This document shows, piece by piece, positions 12,284-24,541 of a stretch of 64,000 bases of DNA (position 1 is its first letter; each line of letters begins with the position of its first letter). Position numbers and translations under genes: made by a program. The notes beneath the pieces are model-generated. The model was given only the letters and a program-made list of their open reading frames with translations, was not told the origin of the DNA and ran no database searches. Source of the stretch: Dictyostelium discoideum (taxonomy: Eukaryota); NCBI GenBank assembly GCA_000004695.1, contig CM000151.3:6944001-7008000 (forward strand). Direction: 5' to 3'.

Positions 12284-13085
12284 TTAGTTCATTCTGTGGA
12301 TGAGGTTGTTGATTAAGTGTTCACGGTTACCAGCATCACCACCTTGGAGGAATGGAGTTTTCTTCATGTTGAAACCACCTCTTGGACAGTTTAATTTGAA
12401 TGGCCATAAAGAGTTGTTAACTTGTTTGAAGTGTTTACCGCAAGTGGTGATTTCGTGGATGATATCTTCAACGCAAATGATACCGAATTTGCCGAGTTGT
12501 TTTTCAACCATATCGTTAGAGGTTAATGGGATTCTTTGACCGTCAATCTTTAAGTGACCTCTCTTGTAGATTAATTCTTTGATTGATTTGAGATTTGGGA
12601 AACCATAAGCAACGTATGGTTCAACAAGTTTGAGCATGTTGATTGAAGCTTTGTTTAATTTGACAAAGACACCATTGTTTAATTGTAAGAGTCTGAGGAG
12701 CTTTAAGACCTTTCTTGGCTTTGGTGAGACACCGTTGATACCTCTAATACGGATGACAAAGGCAACTTTGGCAGCTGGTGGGACGTAGAAAGTACCAGAG
12801 TTTTTGGCGATTCTGTTTAAACGGATGGCTTCACGTTCGGTTTTGTGGTATTCAGAAACGTATTTCTCAGCACGTTTGAAATAGACAGAGTTTAATCTGC
12901 TGTTTCTCTAATAAAAATAAAAAAAATTCCAAATTAATAATTTATTCCCTAAATGTTTTAATTTCTAAATCCAATAACCTACCAATTGTTGAGCTCTTCC
13001 TAATTTAGCAACATCAACAGCTTTCTTTTGGGAGGTGGCTCTCTTTTTGAGAATGGATTCTGGGACTGGAGCAGTCTTGGTAGCT
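12284..13085 (-). CDS. rpl7: 60S ribosomal protein L7 (uL30). The last two coding exons are resolved. The initiator exon was not located.
   Basis: Exons (-) are 13085..12983 (..[34 protein letters not shown]) and 12907..12284 ([117 protein letters not shown]...[19 protein letters not shown]). A TACTAAC branch site sits upstream of the 13086 acceptor. The exon at 13085 starts in phase 2, so an ATG+2 nt exon must exist upstream. No acNNcat match was found within 600 bp. Confidence 0.85.
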
Positions 13086-14145
13086 CTATATATTGTTAGT
13101 AGTAAATTTTAAATAATTAAAAAAAAAAAACGAAGTGTGATAAAAAATCTTTGACCATAGATTCCTTTCGTTTTTTCATTAAAATTGAAAAAAAGTTTCC
13201 ATTTAAAATGGAAAAAACTATTCGAAATCTATGTTTGATTTATTCACCTATTAATTAAGCTTTAAATATATATTATGATATCAATTGATATGATACATGA
13301 TATATATGGTTTAATCCAATTCTGTTCGAAGGATTTGCTAATCATCTCTATGTATATTTTCTCTCTCTATTATGTACTCTATATTGATTATTCCTAAAGA
13401 TTGATGTTTAGTGATAAAGATTGATAGTGATTATTAATGGATATATGATTTATATGGGTGATTGAAATTATTATGAGAGAGATAATATAACATGTACACT
13501 TTTTGTGACATGGTGGTAGTTAGGCTGATAAAAACAAAAAACGTGAAAAAATTTCAAAAAAAAAAATTTCACTGTAGAAGGACTCGCTAAAAAAAAAAAA
13601 AATCAAAAAATTTTAAAAAAAAATTTTTTTTCGAAAAAAACGTTTTTCGCATCAAATTCCAGTTTATTATTTGATATCATTTAAACTTTTTTTTTTTTTT
13701 TTATTTTGGTTTCTAAAAAAAAAAAAAAGAAAAAAAAAAAATATTATAAAAATAGAATAACCAACTTTTTTATATCTATACTATTATAATAGTATTAAAA
13801 AAAAAAAAAACCTTTTTATTTATTACAATTATTATTTTATTTTATTTTTTGGTTTAAAAATTTTTGGTTTTTTGGTTTTTTTTTTTTTTTTTTTCTGCTT
13901 GCATTTCATTTAATTTTTTTTTTTTAAAGAATAATAATTAATATTTGAACACAAAATTAAAACAAAAGAATTAAAATAAAATAACATTTCTTAAAAAAAA
14001 ATAAATGAAATACAAACGGAAAAAAAAAAAAAAAAAAAAAAAAGGAACCATTTTTTTGTTAGAAAAATTATAATTGATTTGCTTTAATTTTCCGTTGATT
14101 TAATGTTAAAAAATATTTTTAAATAAGTGATAACATAAAAGACCC

Positions 14146-14178
14146 AAATCTCATTTATTTAGTCAATAAATGAGATTT
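14146..14178. promoter_or_regulatory. Perfect 14-bp inverted repeat (AAATCTCATTTATT / AATAAATGAGATTT) with a 5-bp spacer. It lies in the divergent rpl7/elp6-like intergenic region, 180 bp upstream of the 14359 ATG.
   Basis: Seen directly in the sequence. It is a GC-containing palindrome within an AT desert. Function is unknown. Confidence 0.4.
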
Positions 14179-14190
14179 GAATCCCAATTT

Positions 14191-14223
<33 letters not shown>

Positions 14224-14358
14224 CATTTTTTTCTCTTTTTTATTTTTTATTTTTTTTTTAATTTCAATAATTTCACATTTTTTTTTTACTTTTTTTTATT
14301 TTCTTTTTTTTATTTTTTTTCTCATTTATAAAATCAACGAAAAATTAAATAAAAAAAA

Positions 14359-15628
14359 ATGTCATCAACGATTGTATCATCAATTGGTAGTAATTCATTT
14401 ACTAAAGTATTTAGTAGTAGTGGTAGTGATGCAGTTGGAGGATTAATTTTATTAGAAGATAGTTTAGAATCATCATCTCAACATTTATTAAATCATTTAT
14501 ATTCTTTATGGTTACCAACAATATCAAAACAACATAGAAATATTTGGTTTTTAAATTTTAGTTCAACCATTTCTGAATATAAACAATTATCAAAAAAATA
14601 TAATAATTGTAATTTTATAGTTATTGATTATTATTCAGATTCATTTGGTTGGAATAATAATAATAATAATAATAGTAATAATAATAATATAACAGAGAAT
14701 TTACAACAAATTCCAATGATTTTTAAATCTGTAAAACATGATTCAGCTTCAATTATTAAAGATATTCAAAATGTTTATAATTGTAAATTAATATTTTTTA
14801 AATAATTCAATTAAAATAGTATATATATATATATATATTATTTTTTTACTAATATAATAATAAAAAATGTACACAGGTGTACCAAATAAATTTAAAGAAA
14901 ATCCAATAATTTTAATAAATTCAATATCAACATTAATTTTAAAGAGTGGATTATCAGATACATGTAATTTAATTAGATCATTAACAAATTATAATTTTAA
15001 TAAAGTAAAGCAAGATAAAGAGAAACAAGAAAAGGAACAAAAAGAACAACAAGATAATAATAATAATAATAATAAAAAAAAGATTGAAAAAATTAATAAA
15101 ATTGAAACAGGTATTGAAGGTAGTGTTAGTAATAGAATAAAGATGGAGAAATCATTTAGTTGTATATTTGCAATCTTACATACAGATTTACATGAATATG
15201 AACAATCCGTTCAAAAACAATTACAATATATATCATCAGTTTCAATTCAAGTTACACCATTATCAGCCAAATTAAAATATTCAGAATCTTTACCACATCC
15301 ATACGAATCAACAATTACATTGATCACTAAAAAACGTTCAGGCAGAGTCGTTAGAAATGTAGAATACTATTATATAAATAATGCCACTGGTAAGGTTGAA
15401 TTTGATTCTGCTGAATCATTACAAACCAAACAAGAGGAACAAGAACCTGATCCAACTCAAAATTTATCATTTAATCTTAAATTAACTGAAGATGAAAAAC
15501 AAGCTAGAGATTCTGTAGTTTTACCATATAGACATCAAGGTAATAATAATGAACAAACTTTATTAATTGAAGATCCAGATGATGAAGATTTTGATGATGA
15601 AGATCCTGATGATGATTTAGATATTTAA
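14359..15628 (+). CDS. Elongator subunit Elp6-like (RecA-fold) protein with an acidic C-terminus. It has 2 exons. The functional call is tentative.
   Basis: Exon 1 is 14359..14782, with a non-canonical GTAAAT donor. Exon 2 is 14877..15628, with acceptor acacAG. The sequence is MSSTIVSSIGSNSF...GGLILLEDSLESSSQHLLNHLYSLWL...NFSSTISEYKQL...FIVIDYYSD...NPIILINSISTLIL...FSCIFAILHTDLHEYEQS...ITLITKKRSGRVVRNVEYYYI.... Its spacing resembles human ELP6 (LTLLCD..FLVHHFLSFYL..FSHY..PVLLVDDLSVLL..MVVLVHD..RAEGLATG). The C-terminus is DPDDEDFDDEDPDDDLDI. Confidence 0.45.
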
Positions 15629-15827
15629 AAAAAAAAAAAAAAAAAAAACAAAAAACAAATAAATTAATATAAATTAAAATAACAAATCTCTTTTTTTTTT
15701 TTTTGTACAATTTTATAAAATTTTATTTAATTATTTATATATATATTTTTTTTTTATTTTTTTCTTTTTATTATTATTATTGTTATTTTAATATTTATTT
15801 TTTTTAGGTTGAATGAAAAAGTTATTT

Positions 15828-16358
15828 TTAACCTAAGATTTTAATTGCTTTTTGTTGATTTTTATTATGAGTATTTGAATGTTCTAAGCCAATAAAAGTA
15901 TTTACAGCATTCCAATCAATATTAGTACCAATTGAACCATCATCTGGAATGTATTCAACTTTATCACCTCTAATGATTGAAATCTTCCATCTTGAGAATT
16001 CTTTGGAAGATAAAGATTTTGATCCACCCAATTTCGCATATAATCTTGTTCTAAGTGATTGACAAGATTCACCAGGTTTATAAAGTATTGTCATTGGTGA
16101 GCCATGGAATAATGGATAATTATGTTCTCTACTATAATGAACTACAAATACAACTCTTTCTCCATTTTTTGGATTCATCTCTTCATCTGATATCATCTCT
16201 GCTCTCAATGCTGAAGAATCACCAATTGAGCAAACATCTTCGTCTGTTAATATCTTTTCAACTCTATATCCTCTAATTTCAATAAGTCTAATTTTATTTG
16301 AATCAATTGTTTCAATATCAAAATTATTATTATTCTCTTGTTTTTGATTTTCATTATC

Positions 16359-16420
<62 letters not shown>

Positions 16421-17397
16421 GATTATTATTATTTATAACTATACCATTCGTTTGTTGTTGTTGTTGTTGTTGTTGTTGTAAATTATTATTATTATTTTGT
16501 TGTTTATAATTTAATTTAATAGTTTTTAAAAATTCATTAATTAATTCTTTAACATCACCAACTCTTAATACCCAAACTGAAATGATTTCAAATTCATTTG
16601 TAAAAGGTTTTTGCCAAGTGATTTTAAAGTTTCTTTTGATTTCACAATCTTTAACTGGAATATTTAAGATTTCAAAGTAGAGTAAATCAGTTAATTTATT
16701 TGTACTTGATAACATATCATACAATGGTATATTATCATTTGGTTTGATTGGAGAGATTGGAGCGGCCATATTTTGTTTACACATTAACCTAATGTTTTCA
16801 GAGTTTGCACCAACTAGTGTCGCAATCTTTGCAGTGATTTCAGAGTATTTCATTTGTTTTGAGAATTCACAATTGAATTGAACTTGACTATTATCTACTT
16901 GTTTAATCTTTACAACTTTTGTATTTATGATATATTGAAAGTAGTCAATGACTGTTGGTAAATTGAATTTATTTGGAGAGGCAACTTGTTTTTGAAATAC
17001 TAAAATATCACCACTTAACATTTCACACTTTGTCAATGTTTCATTTGGTTTAATTGGTTGAATATTTGATGAAGTAATCTCCTCATAGACTAACAATGGT
17101 GTATTAATTGGTAAACCTGCCAATTGACATAGTTGTGGGAAGACACTAGATGCCTTTAAACTAATATCCAATACTTTTGATCCTAAAAACTTTAAACTTT
17201 TAGTCTCTGGATCATAAAATTTAAAAAATAATAATGCACTAGTTTCATTATCCTTATCGATTTTTGGGAAAAATGAATTCATATTATCTACAATTTGATT
17301 ATTATTATTATTGTGATGGTGATGATGCTGATGCTGATTTATACCACTATTAATTTGATTTATTCCACCAGTTAAACCACTGTTAACATTATTATTA

Positions 17398-17429
<32 letters not shown>

Positions 17430-19031
17430 GTTGTTATTATTACTATTATTATTATTAATATTATTATTAGCTAAAATATAATTATTACCATTTGAAGTTG
17501 GTGCAATTAATGGTCTTGGATTAAAACAAATCTCTAAATGTAATCTTATATCGCCATTCATTCTAGCACGAATTAAATTTAAAGACGTATCATCTTGTTC
17601 TGGATACTTTTCAATTCTATGAGTTCTGTTTCTTCTAGTTGTCCAAGCCCAAATTCTTTGTCTTTCAACTGGAATACCATATTGGGCAGTAATTTGTTTC
17701 TTAAAATGACCAATACTCATATTATCATGAGTCTTTTTAAATGTTTTTGGTGGGAATCTCTCGAAATCAATTAAATCAAATGATTTATGATCAGTAAAAT
17801 CTTCATCTCTAGTAAGTCTAAGTTGAAATGTTTGTTCATTCTCTCTCATTTCATCCTTTTCAATTCTAGATTTCAAATGTTCTGGTATTTCTGTTTCATC
17901 AATTGTTCTAGTTAATTGGTCATAACAATTATTTCTAAAATAAACTAACATATCTATAGATAAATTTAAATTTTGTAAAATAATTAATAATTTATTATTT
18001 TATTAATTAATTATATAAGTGTATACATACAAGCATTATCACTTCTACCTGGTCTAATACCAAAATCAGAACCAAATGATTCATCTGAAACTCTATCAAA
18101 TGTTGATTTTGTAACTTCATCATCATCAAATTTGAACCATTCTCCATTTGATTTAATAAATGCATAATAATGACCATTATGTAAATCACCTGAATGAATT
18201 AATACACTTTTAATTTTTAATTTTTTTTTTTTATAGTTAGTTTTTATTTTATGAAAAATAAATAATAACAATATATATATATATATATATACATTACCTT
18301 TGTAAAGTATAAATATAAGAAAGTGATTTATCAGCACCTTCATCTAAATAACGATTTAAATCTAATGTATCTGGGAATTTGTATTTATCATTAATTTTAA
18401 CATTTTCATCTCTAATTGGATCATATTCAAATCTTTTCAAATGTAAATTTAAAACTGGTGGTAATGATAAAAATTTGACACCTTTGTTTGCATTCTAAAT
18501 AATAGTTTAAAAAAAAAAAAAAAAAAACAAAGTTAATAAAATAAAATAAAATAAAATAATTTAATTAAACTTACTTGTAAACCAAAACCTTCAGCGAAAT
18601 ATTGATTTGAACCATCTAGTCTTTCAGTTTCTGTATATTTATCAAATGAAGCAATTATATCTTTACAACCTTTAACATTTAAAGAAAGGTCATAAAAGTA
18701 TTCATCACTTTTTGATTCAAATGATACTTTTTCACATTTAATAAAGTTTTTGATTTTTCCACGAAATAAATCATCAACTGTACCTTCAGCTTTGGTACCC
18801 TTCATCTTATCATTTAAATTATCACACAAGACACGATTTAATTCTTGAACATCATGTTGTGTGAAAATATCCATTGTATCCCATCCAAAACTTTTCGTTA
18901 ATTCTTTAGTTCCAACTGCTTTATCTCCAAATTGTAATTTAAAAAATATTCTCTGTAATGCTAATGATATACTTTTTGTTGGATCATCTGAAATTGTTGG
19001 TAATTCATAAACTGCCTTTGGAATAATAATA

Positions 19032-19063
<32 letters not shown>

Positions 19064-19067
19064 GTTA

Positions 19068-19133
<66 letters not shown>

Positions 19134-19682
19134 TTATAATGTTAATTTTAAAATTGAAATTGAAATTATTACTCTTCTAAATGGTGAAATATGAAACAAT
19201 GCCTGTAATAATGAATTCATATAACAAGTTGCACCTTGATTTTGTAAACCAACATAACCAGTAATTTTTTTACTATCATAACTTGAAGAATCAATACAAC
19301 TGTATGCTTGAACTACTTCAACATTAATAATAAAACCATCATCAATCATATAGCCTTGTTCTGGATCTAACAATGTTTGAATATCCATAAATCTATTGAA
19401 TCCCCAATCTACACCTTTTGAATTAAATAAATGATCTGATATTTTTCTAACATTTTTTTCTGGATTCTTTTGATTTAAAATTTCTAATGTAAATGATGCT
19501 TTAATATTTGGATGTCCAGGTTGTTGAACTTCAAGTAAATCTAAAAAGAGCGATATATCTTTATTATCTGTATTATTACCTTTTGGGAATACATATAATC
19601 TCCTATTGATTTTAAAAATAAAAAATTAAAATAGAATGAAAAAAAAAGGGAAAATAAACAATTAATAAATCTTTTTTTAAAA

Positions 19683-19721
<39 letters not shown>

Positions 19722-20191
19722 TTAATGTAGAAAAAATTATTATTGTTTATTTTTTTTTTTTTTTTTTTTTTTTTTTTCTTTTTTTTTTTTTTACTTTTAC
19801 TTTGTGTTTTTATTCTTATAAAAATTCTTTTTTTATTTATTTTTTTTTTATTATTTTTTTTTTTATTATTTTTTTTTTTATTATTTTTTTTTTATTATTT
19901 TTTTTTATACATACCAAGTTAAATCTAAAATTGTTTGAGTCTCTGTATAAAATGGTTTATCTTTTTGTGAAAAATTTGTTACTTTGTATGCAGTTTTGGT
20001 GGGTCTTGGTGTTGGTATAATATTTATAGCAGCAGGAGCTGCACTATTATCATTATTATCAATAGTATTTTCACTATTCTCTACTGAGTTATTATTATTT
20101 TTATCATTATTATCATTATTATTATTATCATTATTATCATTATTATTATTATCATTATTATCAATAGTATTTTCACTATTCTCTACTGGGC

Positions 20192-20245
<54 letters not shown>

Positions 20246-20332
20246 TATTTACAGGTTGTGCTCCATTTACAGAGTCTGGTGAAGATATCATTGGTGTATT
20301 ATTACTTGGGTTATTTTCATTTTGTGTATTAC

Positions 20333-20363
<31 letters not shown>

Positions 20364-20465
20364 TTGAGGAGGTGATAGAGTTGTGACCTCTTTTAAAATA
20401 TTAAGTTGTTGTTGTGGATGTGGCTGACCATTATTTTTATTCTCATCTAATATAATATTATTCAT
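15828..20465 (-). CDS. usp7: Ubiquitin carboxyl-terminal hydrolase 7 (USP7/HAUSP): MATH domain, USP catalytic domain and C-terminal UBL repeats. It has 6 exons and poly-N/poly-Q insertions.
   Basis: Exons (-) are 20465..19915, 19602..19173, 19015..18575, 18484..18288, 18206..18031 and 17953..15828. Junction sequences match human USP7: MATH ..AYKVTNFSQKDKPFYTETQTILDLTW|RLYVFPKGN; Cys box GYVGLQNQGATCYMNSLLQALFHISPFRR; QHDVQELNRVLCDNLNDKMKGT..; KGVKFLSLPPVLNLHLKRFEYDP; His box VLIHSGDLHNGHYYAFIK..WFKFDDDEV; NAYMLVYFR..; C-terminus ..QQKAIKILG*. Intron 2 contains an (AAT)n microsatellite at 19067-19128. Confidence 0.9.
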
Positions 20466-21123
20466 ATTTGATGTGTGCGAACGTGTATGTCACAAAATAT
20501 AAAAAAAAAAAAAATAAATAAAAAAATAAAAAATGAAAAAAAAAAATTAATTAAAAAAAAAAAAAAAAAAAAATATAAAAAAAATAAATTAAAAAATTTG
20601 TTTGAAAAAAAATAAAAGAAAAAATAAAAAAAAAAAAAAAAAAAAATAATTGGTTTTGATAAGTTTTGTTTATTTTATTTTAATTATTTTTTTTTGTCCA
20701 AAAAAAGTTAATTAATTTCCAAATTTGTTCGTAATATTATTTTTGTGTGGAAATCTGTTTCATAGCTGAGTGTGAAATTAATTTGTATTGATTTAAATAA
20801 TTTCCAATAACCAAATAATTTAATTATTAAAAAAAAAAAAGAGGAGTAGGTTATTTTTTACCATCACATATGTGATTTTAAAATTACCTATCTTTATTTA
20901 ATATAATTTAGTTATTATAATTTAGTTATTTGAAAAAAAAAAAAAAAAAAATTTTATAATATTTGATTTTTTTTTATTTTTTTTTTTTTCTCGGATATCT
21001 AGGAAAAAGACTCCAAAAATAAAATTTAATACACAATGATTTTTTAAAAAATAAAGAAAAGGTAACAAATTGTCTTAACAACCAAACCAACTGCAATGAT
21101 TCAATATTTTATTTGGAACTTTT

Positions 21124-21156
<33 letters not shown>

Positions 21157-23979
21157 AAAAAAAAGAAACCAAAAAAAAAAAAAAAAAAAAAAAAAAGAAA
21201 AATAAAAAAAAAAAAAAGAAAAATAAAAAAAACTTTTTGAAAAATAAAACAATTTAGATACTAAAAAAAAAAAATAATAATTTAAATTATTAAAATATTT
21301 ATACATATAAAATAAAATAAATAAAAAATAAAAAAAAAATTTTTTTTTTAAAAAATAAGTTAAAAAATAAACTAATTTATTTCTCATTTATTCGGTTTGT
21401 TTATTTATTACGATTTTAATTTTTGATCGATTTGAAATATAACACCAAAACTTTGAAAAAAAAAAAATATCTTTTTTTTATTTTTTATTTTTTTTTTTTT
21501 TTAATTTTTATTTTTTTTTATTTTTAATTTTTATTTTTTTTTCTTTTTTCTTTTTTTTTAATTTTTTTCTTTTTTTTTTATAATATTTTATTTTACATTT
21601 ATTTTTTTACTTTTTTTTCTCCAATCACAATCCATATTTTAAAATAAACACTCACACAGTGTTCAGTGTTTTTTCATTTTTTCATTTTTTTTTTTTTTTT
21701 TTTTTTTTTTCTAAAATTTTGATAACAATTTTTTATTTTTAGTTTTTTATTTTTTTATTTTTTTATAATGGAAAATATATAAATATTTTTTTTTCCTTTC
21801 AATTATTTATATAAAAATTGATTTTTTTTTTTCTTTTTTTAAAATTTTAAAATAGTGTTGTTATTTTTAAAAATTCTAAATAAAATAATTGAATCACCTT
21901 AAATCAAAAGGATTTGATTGTAAGTAATAATTAATTTTAATAATAAATCATTCCATAACACACACCCCACACTTGAATTTCACTAAAAAAAAAAAAAAAA
22001 AAGTAAAAAAAATAAATGAAAAAACTTTTGATTAGAACTAAAATTTTTTTGAATGTGTGTGTTTTTGGAGTTGATTAATATTGTTGTTGGTTGGTTAATT
22101 CATTTTTTAATTACTTTTTTTTTTTTTTTTTTTTTTTTAAATTATTATTTTTTATTATTTTTTTTTTTTATTTTTATTTTTATTTTTTTTTGACCTTGCT
22201 ATTTATTTATTTTTTTCTTTTTTATTGTTCGAAAATCATTAAAAATAAAGCTGCAAATATTATAAATAATTGCTCATTATTGTATTTTTACTACTTGTAC
22301 CAATACTTCAAATAATAATTCAACATCACCAAAAATAAAAATAAAAATATAAATAAAATAAAATAAAATAAAAACAGAAAAAAAAAAAAAAAAGAACCAT
22401 CAAATTTCAATTAATCAGTTTTTTACAATAAAATCAAAAAAAAAAAAAAAAAACAAAAAAAGTAAAAAATTTAAAAAAAATACATCAAATTTTTTATTTT
22501 TACCATAATTTTCACTTTTTTTTTTTTTTTTTTTTTTTTGGCTTATGATCTAAAAATAGAATCAAGTGTTTTCGCCATTTTTTTGTTAAAAAAAAAAAAA
22601 AAAAAAGAATTAAAAATTTTAAAAATTCTCTCTCTTTCTCTCTTCCATTCTTTAAAAATAATCAATTTACACAAAAACAAATATTAAATATTCAATAAAT
22701 TGAAAAAAAACAAAGAATTGTTTTTTTAATATTTTTTTTTTTTACCACCCCAATTTCTTTTTTTTTTTTTTTCAATTTAAAAATTTAAAGATAAATTTTT
22801 TTTCTATTTTTAGTTTGAAATATGTGATTAATTATTGTCATAATACTTTTTTTTTTTTCTTTATACAACTAAAAAAAAATAATAAAAAATAAAAAAAAAA
22901 AAAAAAAAAAAGTATTTTAATCTTTAATTTTTGTTCCTTAAAAGTATTTATTTTATCTTAAATTGTGCATGCATCATATATGTCTTGGATTTTGAAATTT
23001 TTATTTTTTTTTTATTTTTTTATTTTTTTTTTATTTTTTATTTATATAATTAAACAAATAAAAATGAAATTTTTTAAACATATAAAGACACCCAGGAACA
23101 TATTATTTTTTTATTTTTTTATTTTTTGCGATATTTAATTAATATTTGTGGAGTGTGTTACCATCTTTTTTTTTTTTTTTTTTTTTATTTTTTATTTTTA
23201 CATGGCATAAAACAAATATCAATGTATTGGTTAATTATTTATTTTTTATTTTGTACTTTTTATAAAATACCCATTCATTATATTTGGATAAAGGAATTAT
23301 ATTAAAATTTTAATTTTCCTTTTTATTTTTTATTTTTTTTTTTTTGGTTTTCATTTTTTTTTTGTATAAACCACAACTAATTATAAAATTATTGTTATTT
23401 TAAAAATACTAATTTTATTTATTTATTTATTTATTTATTTATACAAATATAAATATTTATATATTTTTTTTTTAAAATGATTTTTTAAATAATTTTTTAA
23501 TTTTTTTTCCAACCTGCCCAATCATCATTTCAACCCCATCCAATTATATCATTATCCATCCCAAAAACAATAATTTTTTTTTTTATTATTTTGTTTTTTT
23601 CCTCAAAAATCAATTTCAATATAAATAATAATTTCTATAATAGAAATATAACAATATCAATATTTTAATTAAATTTAATTAAAATTTTTATTTTTTATTT
23701 TTAAAAACAACAATATTATCATTTTTTTTTTTTTCCTTTCCATTTTTATTTTTCTTTCATATCAAATAAATCAATCAATCAATCAATCTCAATCAATCTC
23801 AATCAATCAACCAATAATTTTTTTTTTATTTTTTTATTTTTTTATTATTTTTTTTTTTTTTTTGGAACTTATAAATCAAATATTTTATTTTATAATTTTT
23901 GTTAGCAAGAGCTGCTCATTAATTAATTTTTTTTTTTTTTAGAAATCCAATATAAATTCAAAAAAAAAAAAAAAAAAAA

Positions 23980-24487
23980 ATGGAATCAATATCAGAATCA
24001 AAAACAACACCAACTACACCAACAAGTAAACATGGTCAATCATCACCATGGAAAAAAAAGAAAAAATTATTAAAACCAAGTTATTCTTCACCATCATCAC
24101 CAAAACTATCAATATCACCAAAATTATCATCATCAAATTCAAATATAACACCACCATATTATAATACACCACCACAATCACCTGGTTCAAAATTAAAATC
24201 ATTTTTTTCAAAATTAAATTCACCAAATAAACATCATAATAAAAATTTTAATAATCACAACAATAATAACAATAATAATACAACATCATCCTCCCCAACA
24301 GAAGGATCAATTACACCATCATCAAATTCATCATCAACAAATCATTCACCAGTTATAAGTAGTCCATTTGGATTCGCTCATATAACACATGTAAATTTCG
24401 ATTCATCAAACCAAGAATTAACTGTAAGTTTTTTATTATTATCATAAAAAATATATTTTTTTTTTTTTGGTTAATTAATTTATTTTC

Positions 24488-24541
<54 letters not shown>

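Noticed and set aside
21109-22315. ORFs 21109..21387(-) and 22091..22315(+)
   Set aside because: They are poly-F/poly-K artefacts of A/T homopolymer runs in the 3.5-kb USP7 / CRIB-gene intergenic desert.
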